Below, piece after piece: positions 26,728-35,921 of a stretch of 64,000 nucleotides of DNA. Below the pieces are notes generated by a model. That model ran no database searches, had not been told where the DNA came from, and was given only the letters and a program-made list of their open reading frames with translations. Every line of letters begins with the position of its first letter. Position 1 is the stretch's first letter. The translations under genes were made by a program, and so were the position numbers. The DNA is from Candidatus Omnitrophota bacterium. GTDB taxonomy: Bacteria > Omnitrophota > Omnitrophia > Omnitrophales > Aquincolibacteriaceae. The stretch covers positions 5,438-69,437 of the forward strand of contig JAZDFE010000016.1 of NCBI GenBank assembly GCA_043808175.1, given 5' to 3'.

Positions 26728-27096
26728 TTACTCGCTCCGGAACTGCTCCCAAAGCCGTTTGAAGCGGGGTTCGTAGATGAGATCGTAAAGATGGGTCTTG
26801 TCCGGGAAAAGGTTTTGGATCAGTTCTCTGAACTTCGCTTTTTCGATCTCGATATCCACGGCCTCGCAAGCGGTATTCATGATGAGGAACACGATCCGGT
26901 CCTGCGCGCTTTTGATCTCGGATAACTTTTCCTCTTCGATCGTAAGGTCATACTGCCGGCAGATCTCGGCGAGCTGGCCGAGGACCTCCTCGCGGCCGAG
27001 CCCGAGCCTCGTGCCGCATTCGCAGACGATCCCGCGACCGGACTTGAAAACCGCCGCGTCATATTCCCTTTGGCACTTCGAACACTTGATCGACAT
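26728..27096 (-). CDS. Zinc-ribbon hypothetical protein
   Basis: N-terminal CxxC...CxC (MSIKCSKCQREYDAAVFKSGRGIVCECG). Confidence 0.45.
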   Translation of the reverse strand: MSIKCSKCQREYDAAVFKSGRGIVCECGTRLGLGREEVLGQLAEICRQYDLTIEEEKLSEIKSAQDRIVFLIMNTACEAVDIEIEKAKFRELIQNLFPDKTHLYDLIYEPRFKRLWEQFRSE

Positions 27097-27150
27097 AACC
27101 CCCCGGCATCATGCCGCAGGGGAACCGGAGCTCGTTGCAAGCCGGGTGGC

Positions 27151-27969
27151 CTACCGCCCGGGCGCCCCCGGACCCCCTTTGGTTTTAATGAAAACTTTCA
27201 TTTTCCGGTAATGAGACCCCGGCCAATAGATCTTCGCGCACCTTGAACACCGGTAGAATTCTTGATAATATTTGCGGGTTTTAGGCGGTAATTTTTTTTC
27301 GATCGTTTGTTTGGTAACGCGGCGCAACCGGCCGTTGCAGCACAGGCACCGGGAAAAAGGCGCGATCGAGCCGGGTGCCGCAAAACGGCCCAGGACCTCT
27401 TCAAGCTGCCTGGGAGGCATCTCTTCGCGCAGCCAGTAACCGCGCAGGATCTTTTTACGTTTGAGCAGTCCGATGTCGCGTGTAAGAAGCGTCCGCCCGC
27501 CTCGCTCCGAGATCTGCGCGATCCTCCGGTCCGAGTAGTCGTTCCGGTAAAGAGTGTCGAACCCGAAAAGGCGGAGATATTTGGCGAGTTTTCCGAGATG
27601 CACGTCCAGAATGAATTTCGGAACGCCGTCCCGGACCTTGCCCGTCGGCCAGACACGGACACGGTCTTGATCGCGAAGCTGCCGGGAAAGCGGGGCCGGC
27701 TTGCCGTTCACGAGGACCTTCGCGATCTCGGGATGCGGGACCCCCAGCGATTCCACGGTGTCGCCGATCGAAGGATGACCGTTCAGCCGGCGTTCGATCC
27801 ACCGGCCCTTCTGCTTCCGGTCGAGGAAATCATTGAGCACCCCGAAGAAACGCACGCGGACTTTGATCTTTTCCGGCACCACAATATCCTCCCGTTCACT
27901 AGCATTTTTTTCCGTTTCCAAAGGCCTCCGCCAGGACCGGAATGCGACGGGTTCTCCCGGGCCTGTCAT
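27151..27969 (-). CDS. Mut7-C RNase domain (DUF82) protein with N-terminal ubiquitin-like (ThiS/MoaD-type) domain
   Basis: FILDVHLGKLAKYLRLFGFDTLY...LLTRDIGLLKR plus a C-terminal zinc ribbon CLCCNGRL...CSRCAKIYWPGSHY. The true start may be internal. Confidence 0.7.
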   Translation of the reverse strand: MTGPGEPVAFRSWRRPLETEKNASEREDIVVPEKIKVRVRFFGVLNDFLDRKQKGRWIERRLNGHPSIGDTVESLGVPHPEIAKVLVNGKPAPLSRQLRDQDRVRVWPTGKVRDGVPKFILDVHLGKLAKYLRLFGFDTLYRNDYSDRRIAQISERGGRTLLTRDIGLLKRKKILRGYWLREEMPPRQLEEVLGRFAAPGSIAPFSRCLCCNGRLRRVTKQTIEKKLPPKTRKYYQEFYRCSRCAKIYWPGSHYRKMKVFIKTKGGPGAPGR

Positions 27970-27980
27970 GCGTCACGGTC

Positions 27981-28793
27981 CTATTCCTGCCGGTTCCGGG
28001 GAAGGTCCTTTAAAAAATCGCCGATCCCGTCGAGGTAGGCCCGCTCCGATTCCAGGAACGCCGTGTTATGCCCGCCCCGGATCCTGAGGAACCGTTTCGG
28101 CGGTCCCGCGGCTTCGAACAACTTTTCCCCCAACGCGTAGGGTACGATCTCATCGTCCTGGCTGTGGAGGATCAGTTTGGGACAACGGAGGCTCCTGATC
28201 TTGGAAAGTGAATCGAACTTCGATCCGAACACGAAAGGAGGAACCCACCGGAGAACGAGCGGGACCATGTCTTTGACCGACGGGAACGTCTCTTCCGTGA
28301 TTATGGCCTTCACTTCTTTGCGGGAGGCCAGATCAACGGCCACGGCGCCGCCGATCGATTCGCCGTAAAAAAGGACCTGCGCGGCGGAGAGGCCGCGCTT
28401 CTTTGTAAGATATTCATAAGCCGCATCGGCGTCCCTGTAAAACCCGGTCTCCGAAGGGGTGCCCTGGCTCTTGCCGTACCCCCGGTAATCAAAAATGAAC
28501 ACACTCAGACCGAGCTTCCGAAGAAGAACGATCTTCTCGAGCCGGTGGCTTATGTTGCCCGCGTTGCCGTGAAAGAAAAGAAGCGTTTCCGCCGCGCCCG
28601 GGACCGGAAAATACCAGCCGTTCAGCCGTTGGCGGTCGGCGGTCTCAAAATAAACATCCTCATAAGATAACCCCAGGGCCCGGGGATCTTCCTCGAGGGT
28701 TTTTATCGGAAAATAAATGCTGAACCTTTCAAGAAGACGGATCGCGGTCACGAGAAGAACGATCGCCGCGAGGCACCCGAGAAAGAACCGCAT
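27981..28793 (-). CDS. Alpha/beta hydrolase
   Basis: N-terminal TM anchor, nucleophile elbow GESIGGAVA, HG oxyanion motif FFHGNAGN. Confidence 0.85.
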   Translation of the reverse strand: MRFFLGCLAAIVLLVTAIRLLERFSIYFPIKTLEEDPRALGLSYEDVYFETADRQRLNGWYFPVPGAAETLLFFHGNAGNISHRLEKIVLLRKLGLSVFIFDYRGYGKSQGTPSETGFYRDADAAYEYLTKKRGLSAAQVLFYGESIGGAVAVDLASRKEVKAIITEETFPSVKDMVPLVLRWVPPFVFGSKFDSLSKIRSLRCPKLILHSQDDEIVPYALGEKLFEAAGPPKRFLRIRGGHNTAFLESERAYLDGIGDFLKDLPRNRQE

Positions 28794-28832
28794 GGCCCCT
28801 CCCTCTAAAAATCGCAGTCTGTAGCCTGTATA

Positions 28833-29597
28833 TTATTTTTTGTATCCGACGGGAATGATGCAAATGGGAATTTGCTCTTCGGGAAGATTCAAGAGGTCCC
28901 TCACCCGGTCATCATCAAAAGCGCCGATAGGAACCGAGCCCAGTCCCATGGCGACCGCCTGCAGGAGGACATTCTGGGCGATGTGGCCCGCTTCCACATC
29001 CACGTATCTTTTGCCGCGCTCCCGGTATTTTCCGGTCACCCGTTCGTACACCGCACAAATGACAATAGTGAGCGCCGCCTCACGGACCGGGTCCTGGCTC
29101 AAACAGGCCCGGCTCAGGTCGTTGCGAAGATCACGTTCTTCTAAAACTTCGAGCGTATGTTTTTGGGGAAGATAATGATACGCGCCGTCTTGCGTCAACG
29201 CATAGATTTCCATGGGGTATAAAGCGCCTGCGGAAGGGGCGCTTCGCAGACTGATCCCTCCGGCACTCCCCGTGATACCCTGCGCCGCCCAAAGCAATTG
29301 TCCGATCTGCTCGATCGTCAACGTTTGATCGCTAAACGTCCTTGCGGAACGCCTTCGGGCGATCGCCTCTTCCAGAGAGATTTCCCCGCGAGTTGCAGGG
29401 GGCGGCAATTTTATTTCCCGGGTATTTGCCATGACCGGACCCTCCGTGCCGGAAAAAAAGAATACCGCGATCCAGATAAAGATCCCGATCCTGGTTCTTG
29501 TCATGAGGTGGCTCATAAAAAATCCGCTCATGGCTCTTTTCCTCCGGTTTTTTGCCGGCAGTTCCGGGGACACATAATCTATTGCCTCACGCATCAA
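28833..29597 (-). CDS. SagB/ThcOx-type nitroreductase-family dehydrogenase, exported
   Basis: Nitroreductase-fold body (RRSARTFSDQ...LLWAAQGITG...AGHIAQNVLLQAVAMGLGS) behind a signal or TM segment. The start is probably internal (MSGFF or MTRTR). Confidence 0.7.
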   Translation of the reverse strand: MMREAIDYVSPELPAKNRRKRAMSGFFMSHLMTRTRIGIFIWIAVFFFSGTEGPVMANTREIKLPPPATRGEISLEEAIARRRSARTFSDQTLTIEQIGQLLWAAQGITGSAGGISLRSAPSAGALYPMEIYALTQDGAYHYLPQKHTLEVLEERDLRNDLSRACLSQDPVREAALTIVICAVYERVTGKYRERGKRYVDVEAGHIAQNVLLQAVAMGLGSVPIGAFDDDRVRDLLNLPEEQIPICIIPVGYKK

Positions 29598-29615
29598 GTG
29601 ATGGGTCCCCCGATC

Positions 29616-30320
29616 TTAGTCCCCCGATTTCATGGGAACAAAAATGACGGGGATCAGGGACTCCCTCTCAAAACCCGTATCCGTTCGTGTAATGCGGACG
29701 AGCTCTTGGGAAGAACCTCCCACGGGAAGCACCATCCGCCCTCCGACCTTCAACTGCTCCAGCAAGGCTTCCGGAACTTCGGTGGGCGCCGCCGTGACGA
29801 TGATCACATCGAACGGCGCCTGTTCGGGCCAGCCCTGAGAACCGTCCCCGCATTTGACTTGGACGTTCTTATAGCCGAGCTCTGCCAATTTCCTGGCCGC
29901 CGCCTCAGCAAGTGTTCTTATGATCTCCATGCTATAGACTTCCTTGGCGAGTTCGCCAAGGATGGCGGCTTGATATCCCGAGCCTGTGCCGATCTCAAGC
30001 ACGCGGTCCTCCGGCCCGACAAGGCCTTTCTCCGTCATGTAGGCCACGATATAGGGTTGTGAGATCGTCTGTCCGCGGCCGATCGGAAGGGGCTGGTCGG
30101 AATAAGCCGCGCCGCGAAGAAGCGCCGGAACGAACAAATGGCGCGGGACCTTACGCATGGCGTTGAGCGTTCTTTCATCGTTAACGCCGCGCGCGATGAT
30201 TTGTTCATCCACCATTTTTTGCCGCGCCAAGACGAACGCGTTCTCTTCCGCGAAGACCGATCGCGGCAAAAGCGACGCTGTAAAACAAGCCAGATAAAAG
30301 ATCTTTGCTGTTCCTATCAT
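29616..30320 (-). CDS. pcm: Protein-L-isoaspartate O-methyltransferase with signal peptide
   Basis: QTISQPYIVAYMTE...VLEIGTGSGYQAAILGELA...GGRMVLPVG. Confidence 0.85.
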   Translation of the reverse strand: MIGTAKIFYLACFTASLLPRSVFAEENAFVLARQKMVDEQIIARGVNDERTLNAMRKVPRHLFVPALLRGAAYSDQPLPIGRGQTISQPYIVAYMTEKGLVGPEDRVLEIGTGSGYQAAILGELAKEVYSMEIIRTLAEAAARKLAELGYKNVQVKCGDGSQGWPEQAPFDVIIVTAAPTEVPEALLEQLKVGGRMVLPVGGSSQELVRITRTDTGFERESLIPVIFVPMKSGD

Positions 30321-30458
30321 GACCCCTTGCCCCTCTTAGCCTGCAGACCCTAGCTTATAGCTAGAAGCTATTGGCTATAGTCTGTCGTCCGTGGCCCCAG
30401 GTACTATTCTACGAAGCCGGGGCGAAGAATAAAGCGTTTTGAGGATGAACCGGATGGC

Positions 30459-30836
30459 GTCCCAATCTCAGCTACGCTTCGATTGATTGGTATTGGGACT
30501 GCCCAAGTCTTTATTTTCTTTTCATAGAGGGTGACTTGGACTGCCCCAATCTCAGCTACGCTTCGATTGATTGGTATTGGGACTGCACTAAACTTCCTTT
30601 AAGCTTTATGAGTTGTTCAGTACGTCAAAGACCGTCCCACAGGTGTCGCTCTACTCCGGGCCATATATCATATCCGCCAAATTTCACGGACGGATCTGTC
30701 CACGCTGTGTGGCGGATAGGATATACGGCATGTCTCCAGCATTTCACGTGGCTCGTGGCGCGTGCGGATCGGACGAGATTGTCAAAATCTCGCCGAAACC
30801 GTCCCAATCCGTTGGGGATTGGGGTCCCGTGTCCCC
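30459..30836. repeat. Mosaic cluster of small hairpin repeats (F3 x3, CCAAGTC module, F2-HP1, F1 tract)
   Basis: F3 at 30459-30499 and 30544-30583, with a compact form at 30801-30826. The CCAAGTC..GACTTGG hairpin is at 30503-30539. F2 HP1 is at 30585-30623. A tatccgcca..tggcggata hairpin is at 30671-30718. The F1-like tract cacgtggctcgtggcgcgtg is at 30745-30764. Confidence 0.8.
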
Positions 30837-30841
30837 AGAGT

Positions 30842-31189
30842 TTATTCCCTCTTACCGGATAGGGTCGTGGTTTGTGTCGGGACTTTGCTGTTTTCGCGCG
30901 CGTCTTCCAGGGCCCTCACCCGCCGTTCCAAAGCGTCCTGTTCTTTCAACTTTCTTTCCAAGGCCTCCATCCTGTAATCCCTGGAACTGATCTTGTCCTC
31001 CAGCCGGTTGATCTTCGACTGCAGGTCATCGATCTTCGATTGCATGGTACGGACGGTTTGATTGGCCTGTTCCGCTTTGGAGGCGATCGCGTCCAGCCGC
31101 GGGCCGTCGTTCCACGCGAAGAGCCGCCCACAAGGAAGAAGCAATAAAGCCAGCCCCAGGATCAAGGCCCTTTTCACGTTCCTCGTCAT
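30842..31189 (-). CDS. Small secreted coiled-coil protein (family with 47238..47555)
   Basis: Signal peptide, then AWNDGPRLDAI, then heptad-rich QSKIDDLQSKINRLEDKISS. Confidence 0.55.
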   Translation of the reverse strand: MTRNVKRALILGLALLLLPCGRLFAWNDGPRLDAIASKAEQANQTVRTMQSKIDDLQSKINRLEDKISSRDYRMEALERKLKEQDALERRVRALEDARENSKVPTQTTTLSGKRE

Positions 31190-31206
31190 CGTCCCCTCCT
31201 ACCGTC

Positions 31207-31629
31207 TCACTGCTTTAACTTTCCGTTTTCGTCATACTCTTTAACCGCTCCCACTTGTTTTCCATCCTTGTATAGCGAATAGCTCCTTAATTGTCCATTT
31301 TTATAATAGGTCTTAAACGACCCCTCTTGTTTTCCATTCATGTAAAATTCATCTAAAACTACTTGTCTGTTTTCATAATACGTCTTAAATGGCCCATCTC
31401 GCTTCCCGTTTTTGTAAGACCCATCCCTTCTTAATTGCCCACTGTCGTAATACACCTTAAAGATCCCCTCAAGCCTTCCATCTTTGAAAGACTTCTCTGA
31501 TTTCAGCTTTCCATTTGCATAATATTCCCTGACAGGTTCCTCTCCGTATCCAATAGAACTAAATGTTACCGTCGAAATCATGACGACTCCGATCAAGCCG
31601 CCAATGAAAGCCCCCGCTCTAATGCTCAT
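31207..31629 (-). CDS. MORN-repeat (YwqK-like) protein with N-terminal TM anchor
   Basis: Repeats YYANGKLKSEKSFKDGRLEGIFKVYYDSGQL..YKNGKRDGPFKTYYENRQ... Start set at MSIRAGAFIGG. Confidence 0.7.
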   Translation of the reverse strand: MSIRAGAFIGGLIGVVMISTVTFSSIGYGEEPVREYYANGKLKSEKSFKDGRLEGIFKVYYDSGQLRRDGSYKNGKRDGPFKTYYENRQVVLDEFYMNGKQEGSFKTYYKNGQLRSYSLYKDGKQVGAVKEYDENGKLKQ

Positions 31630-31710
31630 CCCCACAACCCCCTTTTCTGTTCCTGTGAAAACGGGACGGCGTCCCAACCCTCCCATCCATTTTAAAGGCC
31701 GGTTGGGACT

Positions 31711-31749
31711 GCACTAAACTTCCTTTAAGCTTTATGAGTTGTTCAGCAC
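31711..31749 (-). repeat. F2 HP1-only copy
   Basis: gcactaaacttcctttaagctttatgagttgttcagcac, preceded by ggttgggact. Confidence 0.7.
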
Positions 31750-31839
31750 TGGCCTTGTCGAAAATTTAAGGTGGCTAGTGCAGTCCCGCCTGCCGTTAAT
31801 TTACAAAAAAAGGCGGGGCAGTGCGTCCGGTTTATGCGT

Positions 31840-32208
31840 TTAAACAATCGAAAAGATCAGAATGCCGAAGGAGGCGGCGACAAGACCGAGAAGCCGGAGC
31901 ACAAGGACGGGCATCTCGCTGTAGTGGACGAGAAAACCCTTGAGCTTTTCCAGGTCGCAGGCGAATACGATGATGCCGCTTAAGAGAAAGACCGCTCCCA
32001 CCGCGACCGTCGCGACCGGCAAGGCGCTCCTGGAGGCGATAAAGAGCAGGAGGAACCCGACCAGGCACCGGAACACCCCCGCCAAGTAGATACGCTTTCC
32101 TTCCTTGATAAAAGCGAAGACCTTTTGAACGAACTTCGGAGAAACGAAGATCGTCATCCCAAAAACCGCCACCGCCAACCCGATCAGTTTTGCCAGAAAG
32201 ACCAACAT
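31840..32208 (-). CDS. Four-TM membrane protein, unknown function
   Basis: 122-aa hydrophobic ORF. Confidence 0.5.
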   Translation of the reverse strand: MLVFLAKLIGLAVAVFGMTIFVSPKFVQKVFAFIKEGKRIYLAGVFRCLVGFLLLFIASRSALPVATVAVGAVFLLSGIIVFACDLEKLKGFLVHYSEMPVLVLRLLGLVAASFGILIFSIV

Positions 32209-32344
32209 GAGAGACCCCCTTTTATTTTGTTATAGGTTAATGTTTAGAAAGGCCCGCAGACCCGAGCGAGATCCATGCGCAGACTGTCTACCCGTACTTG
32301 TCCGCCAATGTTTTGTGGAGGGTCCCCAGAATTTGCCAATATCG

Positions 32345-32593
32345 CTAAACAAGTTTGTCCGCACTAACAACCTTCTCAACAAAAGTCCGACTTTCACGGG
32401 TGTCTTCCCGTTCTCCTGGATATTGAAGTACTTTCCAAACAGTGCCATTCCAAGTATCCATAATTAATATTTTTAGAACGCCTGTGGTTTTGTCTGTCTC
32501 CGAATCAAACTGATAGCGAACACTGCCTTCGGCAAAGGCAACGATTTGAACTGATAAAAAGAGAAATAACAGAAAAGATATAACCTTCTTCAT
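32345..32593 (-). CDS. Small secreted hypothetical protein
   Basis: MKKVISFLLFLFLSVQIVAFAEG... AT-rich codon usage. Confidence 0.4.
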   Translation of the reverse strand: MKKVISFLLFLFLSVQIVAFAEGSVRYQFDSETDKTTGVLKILIMDTWNGTVWKVLQYPGEREDTRESRTFVEKVVSADKLV

Positions 32594-32662
32594 GGTGAAC
32601 CTCCCTTGATGGGTGGATAGCGTAGATCTCATTTTTATTGCGTATCAGAGTAAGCAGTTTGA

Positions 32663-32687
32663 AATCAAGTGATGTGTCCCCGGGATT
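32663..32687 (-). repeat. D1-type junction motif (AATCCCGGGGACACATCACTTGATT on the minus strand)
   Basis: Same motif as at 33622, 38651, 38088 and 45936. It sits just after the stop of the 32709 ORF. Confidence 0.6.
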
Positions 32688-32708
32688 CGAAGCGCGGCTG
32701 CCATCGAA

Positions 32709-32906
32709 TTAAATCGTAACCTCTCGCATTTCGACTACTATGTTTTTATGATCATCTAAGAAAGATTTGATATTGAAATGCCTGTTGCAGCATGAAATCC
32801 GCTCCACGGGGTTAGAACAATCTGCTTGATAATTTATTTCTTTGCCGCAACAAGGCAAAAACTTTTTTTCCTCTGGCTTATAAAAACTCCTAGTTATTTT
32901 AGTCAT
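32709..32906 (-). CDS. Small Cys-rich hypothetical protein
   Basis: MTKITRSFYKPEEKKFLPCCGKEINYQADCSNPVERISCCNRHF... Its start overlaps the stop of the upstream mini-ORF (ATGA). Confidence 0.35.
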   Translation of the reverse strand: MTKITRSFYKPEEKKFLPCCGKEINYQADCSNPVERISCCNRHFNIKSFLDDHKNIVVEMREVTI

Positions 32907-33040
32907 CTTTGCACCTCTGCTTTCTCGAGCCGTCCGCTTTGCCGATAACTTAAATAGGCGGCCGTAAGCCAGGCAGCCCAAGTGAGCAAAATGGCAATAG
33001 AGAAAAATTGAACCGGCTTATAGACATAAGATCTTTCCAT
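32903..33040 (-). CDS. 45-aa single-TM mini-ORF
   Basis: My translation is MERSYVYKPVQFFSIAILLTWAAWLTAAYLSYRQSGRLEKAEVQR. It falls below the ORF-track length cut-off and could be a gene fragment. Confidence 0.25.
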   Translation of the reverse strand: MERSYVYKPVQFFSIAILLTWAAWLTAAYLSYRQSGRLEKAEVQR

Positions 33041-33192
33041 CAATGCCCCTTAACCTCTCAGGAAAAAATGCGCCGCGTAAATTGGCCGGCTACTTCCGGC
33101 GCATTCAATGTGTCCATCTTTGCCATGGTTTCAGGGTGACCGTAACAGTAAAACCTCCGCCATTTTGCAACAACCATGCCGGAGCCACCTTT

Positions 33193-33399
33193 CTAATTTT
33201 TTCGTAAAAACTTTAAAATTTCCCGCACGGTACCTGTTTTAACCGCTATGGGATCGATCTGAGCTCCCAAGATCGTATTACAGTGAGGACAATTCAAAGT
33301 AATGGTTCGCCATTTCGTCCCAAAGAAAACACTGGCATTAACATCCTTTAGGTTGATCGACTCAACGATTTGTTCACATTTGGGACACTTTCCATTCAT
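33193..33399 (-). CDS. Zinc-ribbon hypothetical protein
   Basis: CPKC...CPHC pairs (MNGKCPKCEQ...LNCPHCNTIL). Confidence 0.4.
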   Translation of the reverse strand: MNGKCPKCEQIVESINLKDVNASVFFGTKWRTITLNCPHCNTILGAQIDPIAVKTGTVREILKFLRKN

Positions 33400-33496
33400 G
33401 GTCAGTCTCCTTATTCACCCGGATTATTTAATAATACCGCACAGTAAAAACGTAGCCGTAGAACGTCTTACCCCTCCCCATGGGACGCCGTTCAGT

Positions 33497-33595
33497 TTAC
33501 ACGTCCATTCGCGGGCTGTCGTCCCACGCGAGGAGCCGCCCGCCGGGAAAGAGCAGCAAAATCAATCCCAGGATCACGGCCATTTTCACGTTCAT
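33497..33595 (-). pseudogene. 32-aa N-terminal fragment of the small secreted coiled-coil family
   Basis: My translation is MNVKMAVILGLILLLFPGGRLLAWDDSPRMDV followed by a stop. Compare 30842 (ALILGLALLLLPCGRLFAWNDGPRLDA). Confidence 0.55.
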
Positions 33596-33621
33596 CCCCA
33601 TTCCTCCTTGATTGAGGTGTT

Positions 33622-33652
33622 CCGAATTAAGTTATGTGTCCCCGGAATTTTT
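33622..33652 (-). repeat. D1-type junction motif
   Basis: The minus strand reads AAAATTCCGGGGACACATAACTTAATTCGG. It lies just after the receiver gene stop. Confidence 0.6.
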
Positions 33653-33675
33653 GTGTGAAGAACGCAAATTAAAGA

Positions 33676-34041
33676 TCAGTGGACGTACCTCTGTATGCAC
33701 TTCAATAGATCCTCAACCAGAAATGGTTTAGGGATATAATCGGCAGCGCCAAAACCCTGCGCATCCATGATAAGTTTGGTTTCTCTTTTCACTGTAAGCA
33801 TGATCACGGGAATGGAGCTTGTTTCGTGATTCTGTTTTAACGCACGGAGAGTCTCGATCCCATCCATGACCGGCATCATGACATCAAGGATAATGAGATC
33901 CGGATGTTCCCGGATAGCTATTTCAAGGCCCATCTTCCCGTCACACGCGCTAAGGGTCTCATAGTGGTTTGCCTTTAACCGGGTTTCAACCAGCCGGAGA
34001 AGGTCGGGCTCGTCATCAACCACAAGGATCGTTTGAATCAT
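33676..34041 (-). CDS. Stand-alone response-regulator receiver domain
   Basis: ILVVDDEPDLL...DLIILDVMMPVMDG...VIMLTV...YIPKPF, giving the DD / D / T / K positions of a CheY-like receiver. Confidence 0.85.
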   Translation of the reverse strand: MIQTILVVDDEPDLLRLVETRLKANHYETLSACDGKMGLEIAIREHPDLIILDVMMPVMDGIETLRALKQNHETSSIPVIMLTVKRETKLIMDAQGFGAADYIPKPFLVEDLLKCIQRYVH

Positions 34042-34119
34042 GGACCCCTCGCATTTTCCGCTCGCCGCCACGCCTTAGTTATCGACCACCCCGAAAGATG
34101 GGATGAGGGGAATTAAAGG

Positions 34120-34196
34120 TCGGCGCACTTTACGTGTCCCCAAGGTGCCTGGTACCGTTCTATGCGCCGTTCTATGCGCCGTTCTACTTTCTCCAC
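34120..34196 (-). repeat. R6-d junction palindrome with a 12-nt tandem triplication
   Basis: In gene sense: TAGAACGGCGCA x3, then TAGAACGGTACCAGGCACCTTGGGGACACGTAAAGTGCGCC. It starts 18 nt after the stop of the 34214 gene. Confidence 0.7.
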
Positions 34197-34213
34197 CATT
34201 AGCGGACGGATTT

Positions 34214-35878
34214 CTAAACAGTTTTGTTTACGTCAAAACTTTGAGTCATGTTGGATGACTTAAAAAGTCTGCTTTCCCATTCTTTAGGCGTAGCGTTCAA
34301 TTTGTCGTAAAAAGTATCGCAGCGTTTTCTGGCGCTTTGCAATTGTTTTTCTTCATTGACGAATTGCTTATCGTCCTTAGAAAAATATGGCGAGCCCGAA
34401 CATTCTACCAAAACGTCTTCGATGTGCCTTTTAAGCATTTGAAATTCTTTTTCCGATTTTTCTTTTGCTGTCAATGCAAGAACCATTTGCGCCTTGAGAT
34501 GAATACCACTAGACGCTGTCCCTCGTGCGCCGAATTGGCCAGCCAGCTTTGCCGAATCTTCTGGAAATGCCTTTTCAATCGTTGCAATAGCACTATTGAA
34601 ATCTTCAAAAGCTCTGCCCATTTTGAGCTTCGCCAAATCAGAATTCATTTTTTCTCGTGCAGTCACATCGCGTTTTTCGGAAGAACCCGCTCGCACACTT
34701 CTTTGCTCACCAAGAACATTCCAAACGGGATTGTCAGATTTATTTTCATTTTCTACGACGTCTGCAATGAATGTTCGCAATGTAGTGAAAAAAGTTTGAT
34801 TGGAAGAACCGTCGACATTATACTTCGCGACCCTGTAAGCGGATGCATCAAAAAAAGTTTGTCCATAATCAGAGCAAACCATGATTGATCTTTTTAATAG
34901 GGCATGCCTAACGCCAAGCTCCCACATCACATTTGGGTTGTGTCTCCTCAAATCAGCTATAACGATTTCGTCATTCCTTAGCGCATTAATTATTTGTTCA
35001 GGAATGGAACCGGGCTCTCCAATTAAATCCGCGTGGTAACATTCGATTTCATAACCGCTCGCTTCTACGCATGGCTTAATAATTTTTTCGAAAACTTGGA
35101 TATTGTTTAAATATTCTACAGTGCCTTTTTTCCCAATGGGCATAATTACAAAACACTTAGATTGCTCCCGCAATGAAATTACATCGCTTTCAAACACTTC
35201 TTCTTTTATGACATAAGGCTCTTCACTTTCCATGTTCCTAAATGTTTCATTTCCAATAAGGCTCATCGGCCTGCTTTCGGATTGGATTGCGTCATAACAT
35301 TTGTTAAAAAAATCATCCGCATTGTCAAACTCAAATATCTTTTCCACAACCCGAATGGATGTGACGCTCTCCTGCCCTTTTCCATCTATCATTCTATTTA
35401 AAGACATTATGCTAAAAGGAGAGCCATCCAATAAAAGTATTGCGATTTCTAAAAACTTCTGTGATTCAACATAATTTGGTTGAAACAATGCTTTGCAAAT
35501 AAAATCAAATGACAGCTCAACGGGTTCATGGACTTTTTTATAATTCTTATCCATAAGATCATAGAGCGCATACATCACATCTTTAAAGGCATTAGCTTGC
35601 GGATCGTTACAATAAAGAAAACCACCAAAACTAAGAGAAGCTAATGTATCGATGCCAATATTTCGCTCAACTATCATTTTTAAGTTAATCATCTGCTGGA
35701 ATGAACTTAATCTACTTTTCCCAAAAAAGCCTTTAACCTTTGAGCTCTTAGGAAATCTTCTATGTTCTTGATAATAAATGAGCAAATGGTTAAGAATATC
35801 TCGGTTTTTGAGAATGCTTTCATGCATCTCTTGGGATAGATGTTTAGGCTTTGGAGTCGTTTTAGTGATTTCAAACAT
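34214..35878 (-). CDS. Protein with a central nucleoside 2-deoxyribosyltransferase-like / TIR-like (SLOG-type) domain and unassigned N- and C-terminal regions
   Basis: 554 aa. The central block is CFVIMPIGKKGTVEYLNNIQVFEKIIKPCVEASGYEIECYHADLIGEPGSIPEQIINALRNDEIVIADLRRHNPNVMWELGVRHALLKRSIMVC. AT-rich codon usage. Confidence 0.55.
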   Translation of the reverse strand: MFEITKTTPKPKHLSQEMHESILKNRDILNHLLIYYQEHRRFPKSSKVKGFFGKSRLSSFQQMINLKMIVERNIGIDTLASLSFGGFLYCNDPQANAFKDVMYALYDLMDKNYKKVHEPVELSFDFICKALFQPNYVESQKFLEIAILLLDGSPFSIMSLNRMIDGKGQESVTSIRVVEKIFEFDNADDFFNKCYDAIQSESRPMSLIGNETFRNMESEEPYVIKEEVFESDVISLREQSKCFVIMPIGKKGTVEYLNNIQVFEKIIKPCVEASGYEIECYHADLIGEPGSIPEQIINALRNDEIVIADLRRHNPNVMWELGVRHALLKRSIMVCSDYGQTFFDASAYRVAKYNVDGSSNQTFFTTLRTFIADVVENENKSDNPVWNVLGEQRSVRAGSSEKRDVTAREKMNSDLAKLKMGRAFEDFNSAIATIEKAFPEDSAKLAGQFGARGTASSGIHLKAQMVLALTAKEKSEKEFQMLKRHIEDVLVECSGSPYFSKDDKQFVNEEKQLQSARKRCDTFYDKLNATPKEWESRLFKSSNMTQSFDVNKTV

Positions 35879-35921
35879 TGCGGGATATCCTACGTATTTA
35901 GCAAACTGCTATTAACATCTG

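Noticed and set aside
34155-34196. Tandem 12-nt repeats (cgttctatgcgc x3) as a possible CRISPR or minisatellite
   Set aside because: The units are contiguous with no spacers, only about 3.5 units long, and are a duplication of the left arm of the R6 palindrome. I saw no CRISPR array anywhere in the window.
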